Positions 29,592 through 38,646 of a stretch of 64,000 bases of DNA are shown here, piece after piece. Origin of the DNA: an uncultured Christensenella sp. (GTDB taxonomy: Bacteria; Bacillota; Clostridia; Christensenellales; UBA3700). The stretch's first letter is position 1. Each line of letters begins with the position of its first letter. The notes under the pieces are model-generated. The model was not told the DNA's origin. It was given only the letters and a program-made list of their open reading frames with translations, and searched no databases. Location: contig CAJUBA010000001.1 in assembly GCA_910584635.1 (NCBI GenBank), positions 330,520-394,519 of the forward strand, written 5' to 3'. The position numbers were made by a program, and so were the translations under genes.

Positions 29592-30511
29592 CTCGACACC
29601 TCCTTATAAAGATCTTCAAGCGTACGCTTTATCTTTGTTACGGAATAGACGTTCACGCCCGTATTTACAAGCGTGGTAACAATCTCGCTCATTGTAGGCT
29701 GGTCCGCAATCACTATAAGCACGTCGCCTTCCCTTTTGCATTTCAAGCCTTTGCTCTCTATTACATTTTCTGCGGTTATCGGGTCGGAACACTCCAAAGA
29801 GAATTTTCTGTAAGAGTCTACGCCGTAATTGACTTCTTCCATACTCTTGACCGCCTTTATCTCGCCGTTAGCCATAAACGCTACTCTGTCGCATACTTGT
29901 TGCATTTCGCTTAATATATGCGAAGATATGATGATAGTCGTACCCATTTGCTTTTTGAGGTCAACGAAAAGTTCTCGCATTTGAGCGATGCCCGACGGGT
30001 CCAATCCGTTTGTCGGCTCGTCCAACAACAGTACCGAAGGATTGTGCATAATAGCCTGCGCTATGCCCAAACGCTGTTTCATACCCAATGAATAAGTCCT
30101 GAATCTACTGTTGATTCTATCGCTGAGTCCTACAAGATCTACGACCGCTTTAAGTCTTTCGTCGGATATTCCGCCTTGAAGTTTCGCATAGTATTTGAGA
30201 TTCTCCCAACCTGTGTAATCTGCAAACAACGTCGGCGCTTCAACAAGCGCGCCAACGCTTGCCAGCGCCTTTTCACGCGATTTGACAATATCGTAACCGC
30301 CTACCGTAATAGAACCGCTGTCCATAGGCGCTAGTCCGAGTATGAGTTTGATAAGCGTAGTCTTACCCGCGCCGTTCGAACCCAATAAACCCAGTATTTC
30401 GCCTTCTTCGATTTCAAGCGAAGCGTTTGATACCGCTTTGACTACCGAGCCTTTGTTCCTGCCTTTGAGAGCGTACGTTTTGGACACGTTCTCGATTTCT
30501 ATAATTTTCAT
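29588..30511 (-). CDS. ABC transporter ATP-binding protein
   Basis: Walker A GSNGAGKTT, signature YSLGMKQR, Walker B LLLDEP. The start MKIIEIENVSK at 30511 follows a GGAGAG SD. The track start at 30574 adds a basic non-conserved leader. Confidence 0.9.
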   Translation of the reverse strand: MKIIEIENVSKTYALKGRNKGSVVKAVSNASLEIEEGEILGLLGSNGAGKTTLIKLILGLAPMDSGSITVGGYDIVKSREKALASVGALVEAPTLFADYTGWENLKYYAKLQGGISDERLKAVVDLVGLSDRINSRFRTYSLGMKQRLGIAQAIMHNPSVLLLDEPTNGLDPSGIAQMRELFVDLKKQMGTTIIISSHILSEMQQVCDRVAFMANGEIKAVKSMEEVNYGVDSYRKFSLECSDPITAENVIESKGLKCKREGDVLIVIADQPTMSEIVTTLVNTGVNVYSVTKIKRTLEDLYKEVSR

Positions 30512-30678
30512 ATCTCTCCGTTTTCGACTTTTGTGCAAGCGACTTTTACGCACACAATATTTTGTGGTTTTCAAAATCCAAGTCGAATTGTCTTTTTATT
30601 TTTTAATTTATATGATATATTATATTATGATTTAATTTTAGTCTAACATACTTTGCAATAAATTTCAAGGAGTAATAT

Positions 30679-32097
30679 ATGAGTTTTTGCACTCTTGCTA
30701 AGGATTACGAACAAGGAGCGGTGTTGCTCGATAAAAGTTTTGTCGTCAATTATCTGCCCGAACTTGATGAACTTCAACTGAAAGTCTATCTTATTGGACT
30801 TTCTTTTTGCGCGGATCCCAACGCTCCTCAAAATAGCATGGAATTTATTTGCGATTCTTTGAACGTTAGCGAAGAAGAGGTGGAGAATGCTTTCGGCGCG
30901 CTTGCCGACGCGGGGTTGGTCAATATTACCGGTTATTCTCCCCTTTCCGTATCTTTCAAAAATATCAAAAGCGCTTACGCCCGTCATTACAAGAAAGAAA
31001 AATACGCGGATTTCAACGCCCAATTAGAAGCGCTATTTCCTAGCGTAGCGTTTAATAATATAAATCAATACACCGTATATTACGATTTTATTGAAGAAAC
31101 GAAAATCAAACCCGAAACGCTGATTACTATCGCAAGATATTGCGTCAATCTAAAAGGCGAAAAGATAAAAGCCAACTATATTCTCGCCGTTGCGAAAAAC
31201 TGGCTGGAAGAAGGAGTACGCACTCTTGCCGACGTCGATGAAAAGATAAAGATGTTGGAAACAACCAACGAGGCTATCAGACTTATCTGCAAAGCCGTAG
31301 GTAAAAAATCCGAAGTGGATCTTGACGACAAAAACCTCTATCTTAAGTGGAGCGGAAGTTGGGGATTTAATCTCGACGCGATACTGTTCGCCGCGAAATC
31401 GCTTAAAAATAAAGGCGGTTTTGCCAGACTGGATTCTCTTTTGGACGAATTTTACAGAAACAACGCTATGAGCGTAAAGGAAATGGACGAATATCTCGCC
31501 AACAAGCAATCGATATACAAACTCGCCTACAACGTCAACAAAACGCTCGGTCTTTACTACGAAAACGTCGAATATATCGTGGAGAAGTACATAAACAACT
31601 GGCTTGGTCGAGGTTTTGACGAAAACGCTATTTTGCTTATCGCCGAATACTGTTTGGATAATTCCGTACGTACTCTCGAAGGCATGAACAAGCGCGTGAT
31701 AAAATTCTATAACGAAGGTTGCGTAAATACGCAGTCTATCAACGAACATCTCGCCCAACTTATGCAAAGAGATCTCGCTATAAAGAAAATTATCGAAATG
31801 ACGGGATATTCTCGCAACGTCTGCGCAAACGACAGGGATATGTACAAAGTTTGGACGCAGATGTGGAATTTCGATTACGACGTGATAGAATACGGCGCTA
31901 CCCTTTGTCAAGGCAAGTCTATGTCGGCGCTCAATAATCTGCTTGCAAAATGGAAAAATAACGGGGCGCTTACGCTTGAACAGGCTAAGGCAAGCGGCGC
32001 GTCCGCTCCCGCTCAAAACAACGCGCCTATTTATACCAAAGAACAACTTTCCAATTACTTCTATACTCTCGAAGAACTGGACGAATTAGAGGATTGA
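30679..32097 (+). CDS. DnaD-domain replication initiation protein (B. subtilis DnaB/DnaD family helicase-loading factor)
   Basis: 472 aa with three DnaD/DnaB_2-like repeats (NYILAVAKNWLEEGVRTLADV, IAEYCLDNSVRTLEGMNKRVIKFYNEG, LLAKWKNNGALTLEQA). It lies immediately upstream of the dnaI-like gene. Confidence 0.75.
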   Translation: MSFCTLAKDYEQGAVLLDKSFVVNYLPELDELQLKVYLIGLSFCADPNAPQNSMEFICDSLNVSEEEVENAFGALADAGLVNITGYSPLSVSFKNIKSAYARHYKKEKYADFNAQLEALFPSVAFNNINQYTVYYDFIEETKIKPETLITIARYCVNLKGEKIKANYILAVAKNWLEEGVRTLADVDEKIKMLETTNEAIRLICKAVGKKSEVDLDDKNLYLKWSGSWGFNLDAILFAAKSLKNKGGFARLDSLLDEFYRNNAMSVKEMDEYLANKQSIYKLAYNVNKTLGLYYENVEYIVEKYINNWLGRGFDENAILLIAEYCLDNSVRTLEGMNKRVIKFYNEGCVNTQSINEHLAQLMQRDLAIKKIIEMTGYSRNVCANDRDMYKVWTQMWNFDYDVIEYGATLCQGKSMSALNNLLAKWKNNGALTLEQAKASGASAPAQNNAPIYTKEQLSNYFYTLEELDELED

Positions 32098-32098
32098 T

Positions 32099-33004
32099 AT
32101 GATAAAATTTTTCTCGCAAAAACTTGATATATTATACTCTTCCAGACGGGAGATAGCAAAAGAAAACAGCCGAAACAGAAATAGAGAAATACTTTCCTCT
32201 CACCCGCTTTTGGCTGATATGATAAAAGAAAAAAAAGCGACGGAACTTGAACTCGCCCGCAAAAAAGCGCGCAGAGAGCCGTTGGAAGAAATAGAAAATT
32301 CACTTGCCGATATTAACGGCAAAATAGCCGAATATATAAAAAACAATTCTTTGAATTTCGCGACTAAATATGCCTGCTCCGTCTGTAAAGACGAAGGATA
32401 TTTGGACGGCCAGCCTTGCCAATGTCTGCTTGACGAGTACAACTCGCTTTTAAGACAGTATGCGAGCGTATCCGCTTTGCCTTCAACAACTTTTGAAGAC
32501 ATTACGTCATCAAATACCGATAATGAGGAACATTCCGCGATAAACAAACTCTTCTCTATAATGAAAAATAAAGTCTGCGACAACTTCCAAAAATGCAAAT
32601 GGACAAACTTTATATTCTCAGGCGCAAGCATTACGGAAAAAACCTCGCTATCGGCGGCTGTAGCCAATGCACTGTTGAATAAAAACATAAGCGTTTTTTA
32701 CGTTACGTCTTTTGAACTGATAAATGTTTTCCTCGACAAACATACCAACAAACAAACCGCTATGAGCAAAATGTTCGAGTACGTCAACAACTGCGAAATG
32801 TTGATAATAGACAATCTCGGCTTCGAGCCCATTTACAAAAACGTAACTTTGGAATATCTCTTCTCTACGCTTGAAAAAAGACTTGCCGACAAAAAGAAAA
32901 CAATGATTTGCTCAAAACTCGACGCCCAGTCGCTGATAAACAGATATGGCGAATCTTTCTTAAAATTTACGGATAAAAAGTATTCTTTGAGCGTAATGTT
33001 TTAG
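32099..33004 (+). CDS. dnaI: DnaI/DnaC-family helicase loader homologue with degenerate Walker motifs
   Basis: N-terminal Zn-ribbon-like CSVCKDEGYLDGQPCQC. The AAA+ core aligns to DnaI, but Walker A reads GASITEKT (32621-32644) and Walker B reads LIIDNLG (32801-32821). Confidence 0.7.
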   Translation: MIKFFSQKLDILYSSRREIAKENSRNRNREILSSHPLLADMIKEKKATELELARKKARREPLEEIENSLADINGKIAEYIKNNSLNFATKYACSVCKDEGYLDGQPCQCLLDEYNSLLRQYASVSALPSTTFEDITSSNTDNEEHSAINKLFSIMKNKVCDNFQKCKWTNFIFSGASITEKTSLSAAVANALLNKNISVFYVTSFELINVFLDKHTNKQTAMSKMFEYVNNCEMLIIDNLGFEPIYKNVTLEYLFSTLEKRLADKKKTMICSKLDAQSLINRYGESFLKFTDKKYSLSVMF

Positions 33005-33037
33005 ATTTGAACTCAATATAATTCTCAAAAACGCAAT

Positions 33038-33066
33038 GTCCCGACGGGTTTCCCCACGGGACTTTT
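33038..33066. terminator. hairpin between the convergent dnaI and rho genes
   Basis: GTCCCG-13 nt-CGGGAC followed by TTTT on the + strand, with an A-run upstream. Confidence 0.55.
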
Positions 33067-33096
33067 AATTTGTTATAATATCTTCAAACGGATTGA

Positions 33097-34959
33097 TTAG
33101 AATAATTTGCGTATGCTGTATCCGTTCTTTTCAAGAACCTTTACTTGCGTTATTATGGATTCTATAAATTCTTCGTTGTTTTTGGTCTTTTGCATCATAT
33201 TCAAAAGTTGGTCGGTCGTTTCCTGCGAATCGCCTGTCGAGAGCATTTTTCTCAACGCCCATACGCCTTCGAGTTCCTTTTGCGTCAACAGCAAATCTTC
33301 CCTTCTTGTAGAAGAACGGTTGAGGTCGATAGCAGGGAAAATTCTTCTTTCGCTGAGTTTTCTGTCAAGCGTGATTTCCATATTACCGGTACCTTTGAAC
33401 TCTTCGTAGATAACGTCGTCCATTCTGCTTCCCGTATCAACCAACGCCGTAGCGATTATCGTAAGCGAACCGCCGTTTTCGATATTTCTCGCCGCGCCGA
33501 AAAACTTTTTCGGACTCGCCAACGCGCCCGGATCTATACCGCCCGACAACGTTCTGCCGGTAGGAGGTATTGTCAGATTGTACGCTCTTGCCAATCTTGT
33601 AAGCGAGTCCATCATGATTACGACGTCTTTGCCAAGTTCTACAAGTCGTTTTGCTCGTTCAATGAGCAGTTCCGCAGCATTGCAATGATGTTCGGGCATT
33701 TCATCGAACGTGGAATAGATAACCTCGCCTTTAATAGATCTCTTCATATCCGTTACTTCTTCCGGTCTTTCGTCGACAAGAAGTACGAACAACGTAACTT
33801 CTTCATGGTTTGTAGTAATCGAATTCGCTATCTTTTTAAGCAACGTCGTTTTACCCGCTTTCGGAGGAGAAACTATCATAGCGCGCTGACCTTTGCCGAT
33901 TGGCGCGATAAGATCAAGACTTCTTATTGCAAAATCGCTTCTTGTTACGCTTCTGTCCGCCGTGTTGATTTCAAGTCTTAATCTCTCCTGCGGGAATATC
34001 GGCGTCAACGCGTCGAAATGAGGTCTTTTGCGCAAATCCATTAGATTTTTTCCGCTCTCGCCGTCAAAACATACTAGTTTGTATTCTCCGGTAGAAGGTA
34101 TATCGTTGCCCTTTTCGTCCTTTTGATATACGAGTTCATACTTCATATCGGGGTTGACTCTTTCGACCGTAACAAGCGCGGGCGGTTTGTTGTCGCTCAA
34201 TCTTCTTGCTATTCCCGTTACGTAGTCGCCCGCTCTCAATCCCATGCCTTTTATCACTCTACCGGATACGTAGACGTCTTTATCTCCGCATTCGCAGTTT
34301 TCTGCGCGCAAAAAGCCATATCCGTCGAGAATCTGCAAAATACCGCTTCTGTATTCTGTTTCGCCTTTTTCTTCGTCGTCTGATTGAGTTTCGGATTTTT
34401 GATTGAATTTGTTTTTGTCGTAGGAATTATTGTAATTGTTTGATTTATCGTAATTGTTGTTTTTCTCGCCGAATCCTTCCGAAGGTTTGCTTCTTTCATA
34501 CTTGGTTTCGAAAGTCGAGGAATCGCTTACTTTTCCGAAAACGTCGGGTTTGGGCGGTCTTCCTGCGCTTTTTTTCTGCGCGAAACTATGCTCCGCATCG
34601 CCTTTTTCGTTGATAATTTTGTAATATTCCTCTATAATCTCGGCTTTTTTCTTGGTCGTCGGAGATTTTATTCCCATGTCTCTCGCTATTTTTCTGACGG
34701 TATGTATCGTCATGTTTTTGAAATCTTCTTCGGAATAAATAAAACCTCTGCTAATCATCGCTTGGTCGGTTTGCTCAGAAATTCCGTTTTCTTCCGCCGT
34801 CGGCTGTTTTTCTCCCGCTTCATAAGCGATAATGCTTTCCATTAGTTTTTCTTCGGAAAGATACGTCGCGTTTTCAACGCCCAACTTTCTCGCAATATCT
34901 CTGAGTTGAAAAAGATTTTTGCTTTTAAGTTCTTCCAAAGTATAGTTTCGTTTTGCCAT
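33097..34959 (-). CDS. rho: transcription termination factor Rho with extended N-terminal region
   Basis: 620 aa. It has a Rho_N-like helix-extended region, an RNA-binding CSD (GILQILDGYGFLR), P-loop PPKAGKTT and a C-terminal RecA core. Confidence 0.93.
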   Translation of the reverse strand: MAKRNYTLEELKSKNLFQLRDIARKLGVENATYLSEEKLMESIIAYEAGEKQPTAEENGISEQTDQAMISRGFIYSEEDFKNMTIHTVRKIARDMGIKSPTTKKKAEIIEEYYKIINEKGDAEHSFAQKKSAGRPPKPDVFGKVSDSSTFETKYERSKPSEGFGEKNNNYDKSNNYNNSYDKNKFNQKSETQSDDEEKGETEYRSGILQILDGYGFLRAENCECGDKDVYVSGRVIKGMGLRAGDYVTGIARRLSDNKPPALVTVERVNPDMKYELVYQKDEKGNDIPSTGEYKLVCFDGESGKNLMDLRKRPHFDALTPIFPQERLRLEINTADRSVTRSDFAIRSLDLIAPIGKGQRAMIVSPPKAGKTTLLKKIANSITTNHEEVTLFVLLVDERPEEVTDMKRSIKGEVIYSTFDEMPEHHCNAAELLIERAKRLVELGKDVVIMMDSLTRLARAYNLTIPPTGRTLSGGIDPGALASPKKFFGAARNIENGGSLTIIATALVDTGSRMDDVIYEEFKGTGNMEITLDRKLSERRIFPAIDLNRSSTRREDLLLTQKELEGVWALRKMLSTGDSQETTDQLLNMMQKTKNNEEFIESIITQVKVLEKNGYSIRKLF

Positions 34960-35144
34960 ATTATTCTCCCAAATTGAGTTTGCCTTTCAGGCTTTTAATA
35001 GTAATAAGAATGATTGATTCTTTTAATCTCTTAAATTTTATGAACCGAATTGATAAGTAATTAAATTTTCTACAAAAGAAAAATTTTTATACCGAAAATT
35101 TTATTTTTTTGCAAGAGGTATCGCTACCTCTTGCGTCGGTTTAA

Positions 35145-35801
35145 CTAAAATGTTTCGCTTTTGAATACGATAACTTTGGTATTGTCGCCTTCAAAGTACG
35201 CTCTGTCTACTTCGAGCGTCCTTCCGTCGATTTCTACAATTTGTTCCGGCTCGAACAAATCTAAGAATTCGTCTATCTTATCAATATCCATTACGCATTC
35301 CGCGCTCTTGAAATGCATGGGGATTACAACGTCGGGCATGATTATATCTACGTACTCTTTCGCTTGCTTTGCGTCGATGGTATAATTTCCGCCTATCGGT
35401 ATCATTAGCACGTTGACCGATCCGATAACTTCCGCCAATCTAACTGTACACTCCTCGCCGACGTCGCCCATGTGGCAAAGATCTACGCCGTCCATGCGGT
35501 ATTTGAAGATACAGTTCTCTCCTCTCTTTTTGCCGGATTTGTCGTCGTGATAAGAGTGCATGGACGATATATCCACGCCTTTCACTTCCCAAAAACCGCA
35601 TTCGCTAATTACCAGCGGAGATCCCTGCACGTTTACCACGGCGTTGTGGTCTTTGTGTTGATGCGAACAAGTTACGACGTCCGCGCCCGTACTTGCCATA
35701 TCGAAGCCTACGATAGATTTGTCAAAGGGGTCGGCTACAATCGCGGTTCCCGTCGACTCTGTCAACTTGAAACACGAATGCCCCAGCCATTCAATTTTCA
35801 T
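35145..35801 (-). CDS. MBL-fold metal-dependent hydrolase (UPF0173-like)
   Basis: 218 aa. Motifs MKIEWLGHSCF and CSHQHKDHN. Confidence 0.8.
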   Translation of the reverse strand: MKIEWLGHSCFKLTESTGTAIVADPFDKSIVGFDMASTGADVVTCSHQHKDHNAVVNVQGSPLVISECGFWEVKGVDISSMHSYHDDKSGKKRGENCIFKYRMDGVDLCHMGDVGEECTVRLAEVIGSVNVLMIPIGGNYTIDAKQAKEYVDIIMPDVVIPMHFKSAECVMDIDKIDEFLDLFEPEQIVEIDGRTLEVDRAYFEGDNTKVIVFKSETF

Positions 35802-35802
35802 T

Positions 35803-37005
35803 TTACTCCTCGCTGATATTCATTGCCAACTGTTGAGGTTTGCCGGCATTGAATTTTTCGATTAGTTCGTGTATTTTATCGTGCGGGTCAAGCAACTGTC
35901 CCACAGATTTGTTTTGGTCGATAGCCGCGATTATATACGCGACGAATTTTGACATATCCGCTTGCACAAACCAACTCTTTTGCAAAAGTTCCTCCGTAGC
36001 GTAAGTCAAATTGGTAGAAAGCACAGCGTCGAACAATCCCGCTTCATACGCTTTCTGGAATTTTTCCGTACCTTCGGTAAACAATGCATAAGTAGCGGAA
36101 AGGAATATTCTGCCGCAGCCTGCCGCTTTAAGTTCCGTACAAAGTTTGAGCATGCTGTCGCCCGTAGCGATAATGTCGTCCGCAACGAAGATATCCTTAT
36201 CCTTAACGTCGTTGCCGATATACTCGTGAGCAACGATAGGATTTCTGCCATTGACTACGTTCGCGTAATCTCTGCGCTTATAAAACATTCCCAAATCGGT
36301 ACCGAGTACAGACGCGTAATAAATATTTCTGCTCATAGCGCCTTCGTCGGGACTAACTATCATAAAGTTGTCTTTCTTCATATTGATTTCGGGGAAAGAT
36401 TTGAGCATCGCTTTAAGAATCTGATAAGTCGGCATGAAATTATCAAAACCCATGATTGGCACGGAATTCTGGACTCTGGGATCGTGAGCGTCGAAAGTGA
36501 TAATATCCTTTACTCCCATAAATTCCAACTCTCTGAGCATTTGCGCGCAATCGAGAGATTCTCTTGCAACTCTTCTGTGCTGTCTTCCGCCGTAAAGCAA
36601 AGGCATTACGACCGTAATCTTATTCGCGATACCTGCGCAAGCGCAAATTATTCTTTTAAGATCCGAATAATGGTCGTCCGGCGACATTCTGTTGGGCGTG
36701 CCGAACATATTGTACTCGATAGAATAATTACCTACGTCGCAAATAACGTAAAGGTCTTTTCCTCTTATGCTGTCAAGTATAAGTCCTTTGCCGTCGCCCG
36801 TAGTAAATCTCGGACATTTGTTTCCGACAAGGAACGTATCCTTGAAAAATTTCTTACCGCTTGCTTTGGCTTCGTTGTTGTACCAGTTGACCAAATATCT
36901 GTCTACTTTCTGTCCCAATTCCGCCGCGCCTTCCAACGCCAAAATAGCCATGTTGGAAGAATCTTTTTCAAAGTTGAATATCGACTCAAAAAACGGTCTC
37001 ATCAT
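35803..37005 (-). CDS. prs: ribose-phosphate pyrophosphokinase family protein, long (400 aa) form
   Basis: PRPP-binding loop VADDIIATGDSM and an RQHRR-type flexible loop. The ATGATG start follows a GGAGG SD. Confidence 0.75.
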   Translation of the reverse strand: MMRPFFESIFNFEKDSSNMAILALEGAAELGQKVDRYLVNWYNNEAKASGKKFFKDTFLVGNKCPRFTTGDGKGLILDSIRGKDLYVICDVGNYSIEYNMFGTPNRMSPDDHYSDLKRIICACAGIANKITVVMPLLYGGRQHRRVARESLDCAQMLRELEFMGVKDIITFDAHDPRVQNSVPIMGFDNFMPTYQILKAMLKSFPEINMKKDNFMIVSPDEGAMSRNIYYASVLGTDLGMFYKRRDYANVVNGRNPIVAHEYIGNDVKDKDIFVADDIIATGDSMLKLCTELKAAGCGRIFLSATYALFTEGTEKFQKAYEAGLFDAVLSTNLTYATEELLQKSWFVQADMSKFVAYIIAAIDQNKSVGQLLDPHDKIHELIEKFNAGKPQQLAMNISEE

Positions 37006-37328
37006 TGCCTCCGTATATTAAAAAAATTGTATCCTGTGAATTGCGTAAAAAATCAACACAATTATTGATTATTGTATTAAGTGAACGAGAAATATTGAAT
37101 TTTCTACTATGTGAATCCATATAGCCTCACTCGTAAATTTTGTAAAACGGGCAAACTTTCCCTGTTACATTGATATAATAACATAGTAATTGCATAAAAG
37201 CAAGTCTTTTTCACGGCTTTTCGCGCTATTGCCGACTCAAGAAATCTTTTACCAAAGTCTGTTTAACATTTGGTTGTTATTTAACGTTGACAATTTATTC
37301 CAACGCGCGATTTTCTTCGACAAATTTC

Positions 37329-37357
37329 TTTACTTGCAAAAAATATACTGCTATAAT
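37329..37357 (+). promoter_or_regulatory. candidate promoter for yitT
   Basis: TTTACT, a 17-nt spacer, then TATAAT, about 85 nt upstream of the ATG. Confidence 0.4.
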
Positions 37358-37441
37358 TAAAAAGCATTCGGCATATTATATTTACGCGCGGGATTAAAAA
37401 ATCATATTATATATGTCGAAAACAGTAATCGGGAGAACAAA

Positions 37442-38593
37442 ATGCGTACTAGACTCAAACAAATCAATCCTATAAACTTCATCTTCCTTACCGTAGCGGG
37501 TATTGTCAACGCTTCGGCGGTTACGCTGTTTCTTCAACCCGCAATGCTCTACGACGGAGGATTTTCCGGTACGTCTATACTTCTTTCCAATCTAAGCGGT
37601 TTAAGCGTCAGTATTTTTCTATTGATACTAAACTTCCCCTTCTTTATATTCGGATACAAGAAGTTGGGACTTAACTTTATAATCTATTCCATGTACGCAA
37701 TCGCTATATTCTCGTTGTTTTCATTTTTGTTCCAAAACTGTTTCGGTATTGATTTTTCCGACGGTTCTCCGATAACCAAAAACGAAAAACTTTTGGCTGC
37801 GGTATTCGGAGGTATTATATCCGGTATAGGAAGCGGTTTGACGATACGTTTTGGCGGAGCGATTGACGGCGTGGAAGTTCTTTCTTTGATATTTGCAAAA
37901 AAAATAGGCATGACCGTAGGCACGTTCGTTATGAGTTATAACCTAATTCTCTATATCTCTGCCGGTATTATCACTTCAAGTTGGATAACTCCTCTCTATT
38001 CAATAATCGCTTACGCGTTGGGACTAAAATCCGTCGACTTTATTATCGAAGGTTTCGACAAATCAAAATCCGCTTTTATAATATCCAATCACCCGGAGAA
38101 AATCGCAGATACTCTCGTAGATATTTTCGAGCGCGGAGTAACTATTATCAACGCGGAAGGCTACTATTCAAAAATGCCGAAGAAAGTATTGTATTGCGTG
38201 GTAAACAGGTTCGAAGTCAACACTCTTAAAAAGATTGTTACAGGCATAGACCCAAAAGCCTTTGTTGCGATAACAGACGTATCAGACTCAATGGGAAGCA
38301 GTCTTAAATTCGATAAACTGCGCGAAAGAAAAAGAAGAAAGAGAAAAAATAATTCTCCCGCTCCTATAGTAAATTCTGTCGACAAAGTAAATATTCCCGA
38401 CGAGATACTGGAAAATATCAATAGTATTGAAAACGAAAACTCTATTGTATTGCAAGACAACGATGCGATAATCGAACAAGAAAATAACGCTATCGAACAA
38501 AACGGCAACTTGCAAATCGAACAAACTTTGGATGGCGAACAAAAAGCAATCGAATCTCAAGCGACGGCAACTATTGACGAAAAGCAAGAATAA
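37442..38593 (+). CDS. YitT-family membrane protein (DUF2179 C-terminal domain) with acidic repetitive tail
   Basis: Polytopic N-terminal half with GGFSGTS. DUF2179-like segment HPEKIADTLVDIFERGVTIINAEGYYS. The tail is rich in IEQ/NEN repeats. Confidence 0.8.
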   Translation: MRTRLKQINPINFIFLTVAGIVNASAVTLFLQPAMLYDGGFSGTSILLSNLSGLSVSIFLLILNFPFFIFGYKKLGLNFIIYSMYAIAIFSLFSFLFQNCFGIDFSDGSPITKNEKLLAAVFGGIISGIGSGLTIRFGGAIDGVEVLSLIFAKKIGMTVGTFVMSYNLILYISAGIITSSWITPLYSIIAYALGLKSVDFIIEGFDKSKSAFIISNHPEKIADTLVDIFERGVTIINAEGYYSKMPKKVLYCVVNRFEVNTLKKIVTGIDPKAFVAITDVSDSMGSSLKFDKLRERKRRKRKNNSPAPIVNSVDKVNIPDEILENINSIENENSIVLQDNDAIIEQENNAIEQNGNLQIEQTLDGEQKAIESQATATIDEKQE

Positions 38594-38602
38594 TATGATA
38601 CG

Positions 38603-38631
38603 AAAAAGTACCCGAAGTCGGGTACTTTTTT
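38603..38631. terminator. bidirectional rho-independent terminator
   Basis: AAAAA-GTACCCG-aagt-CGGGTAC-TTTTTT between convergent genes. Confidence 0.85.
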
Positions 38632-38646
38632 ATAGATAATGATTGA

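Noticed and set aside
30643-32046. Minus-strand ORFs 30643..31023 and 31150..32046
   Set aside because: They are antisense shadows within the DnaD-domain gene. They lack an SD and have no motifs.
35111-35134. 10-bp perfect hairpin GCAAGAGGTA-tcgc-TACCTCTTGC as the terminator of the MBL-hydrolase gene
   Set aside because: On the minus-strand transcript the hairpin is followed by an A-run, not a U-run. The T7 tract precedes it on the plus strand. It is therefore not a canonical intrinsic terminator in either direction. It may be part of the rho leader.
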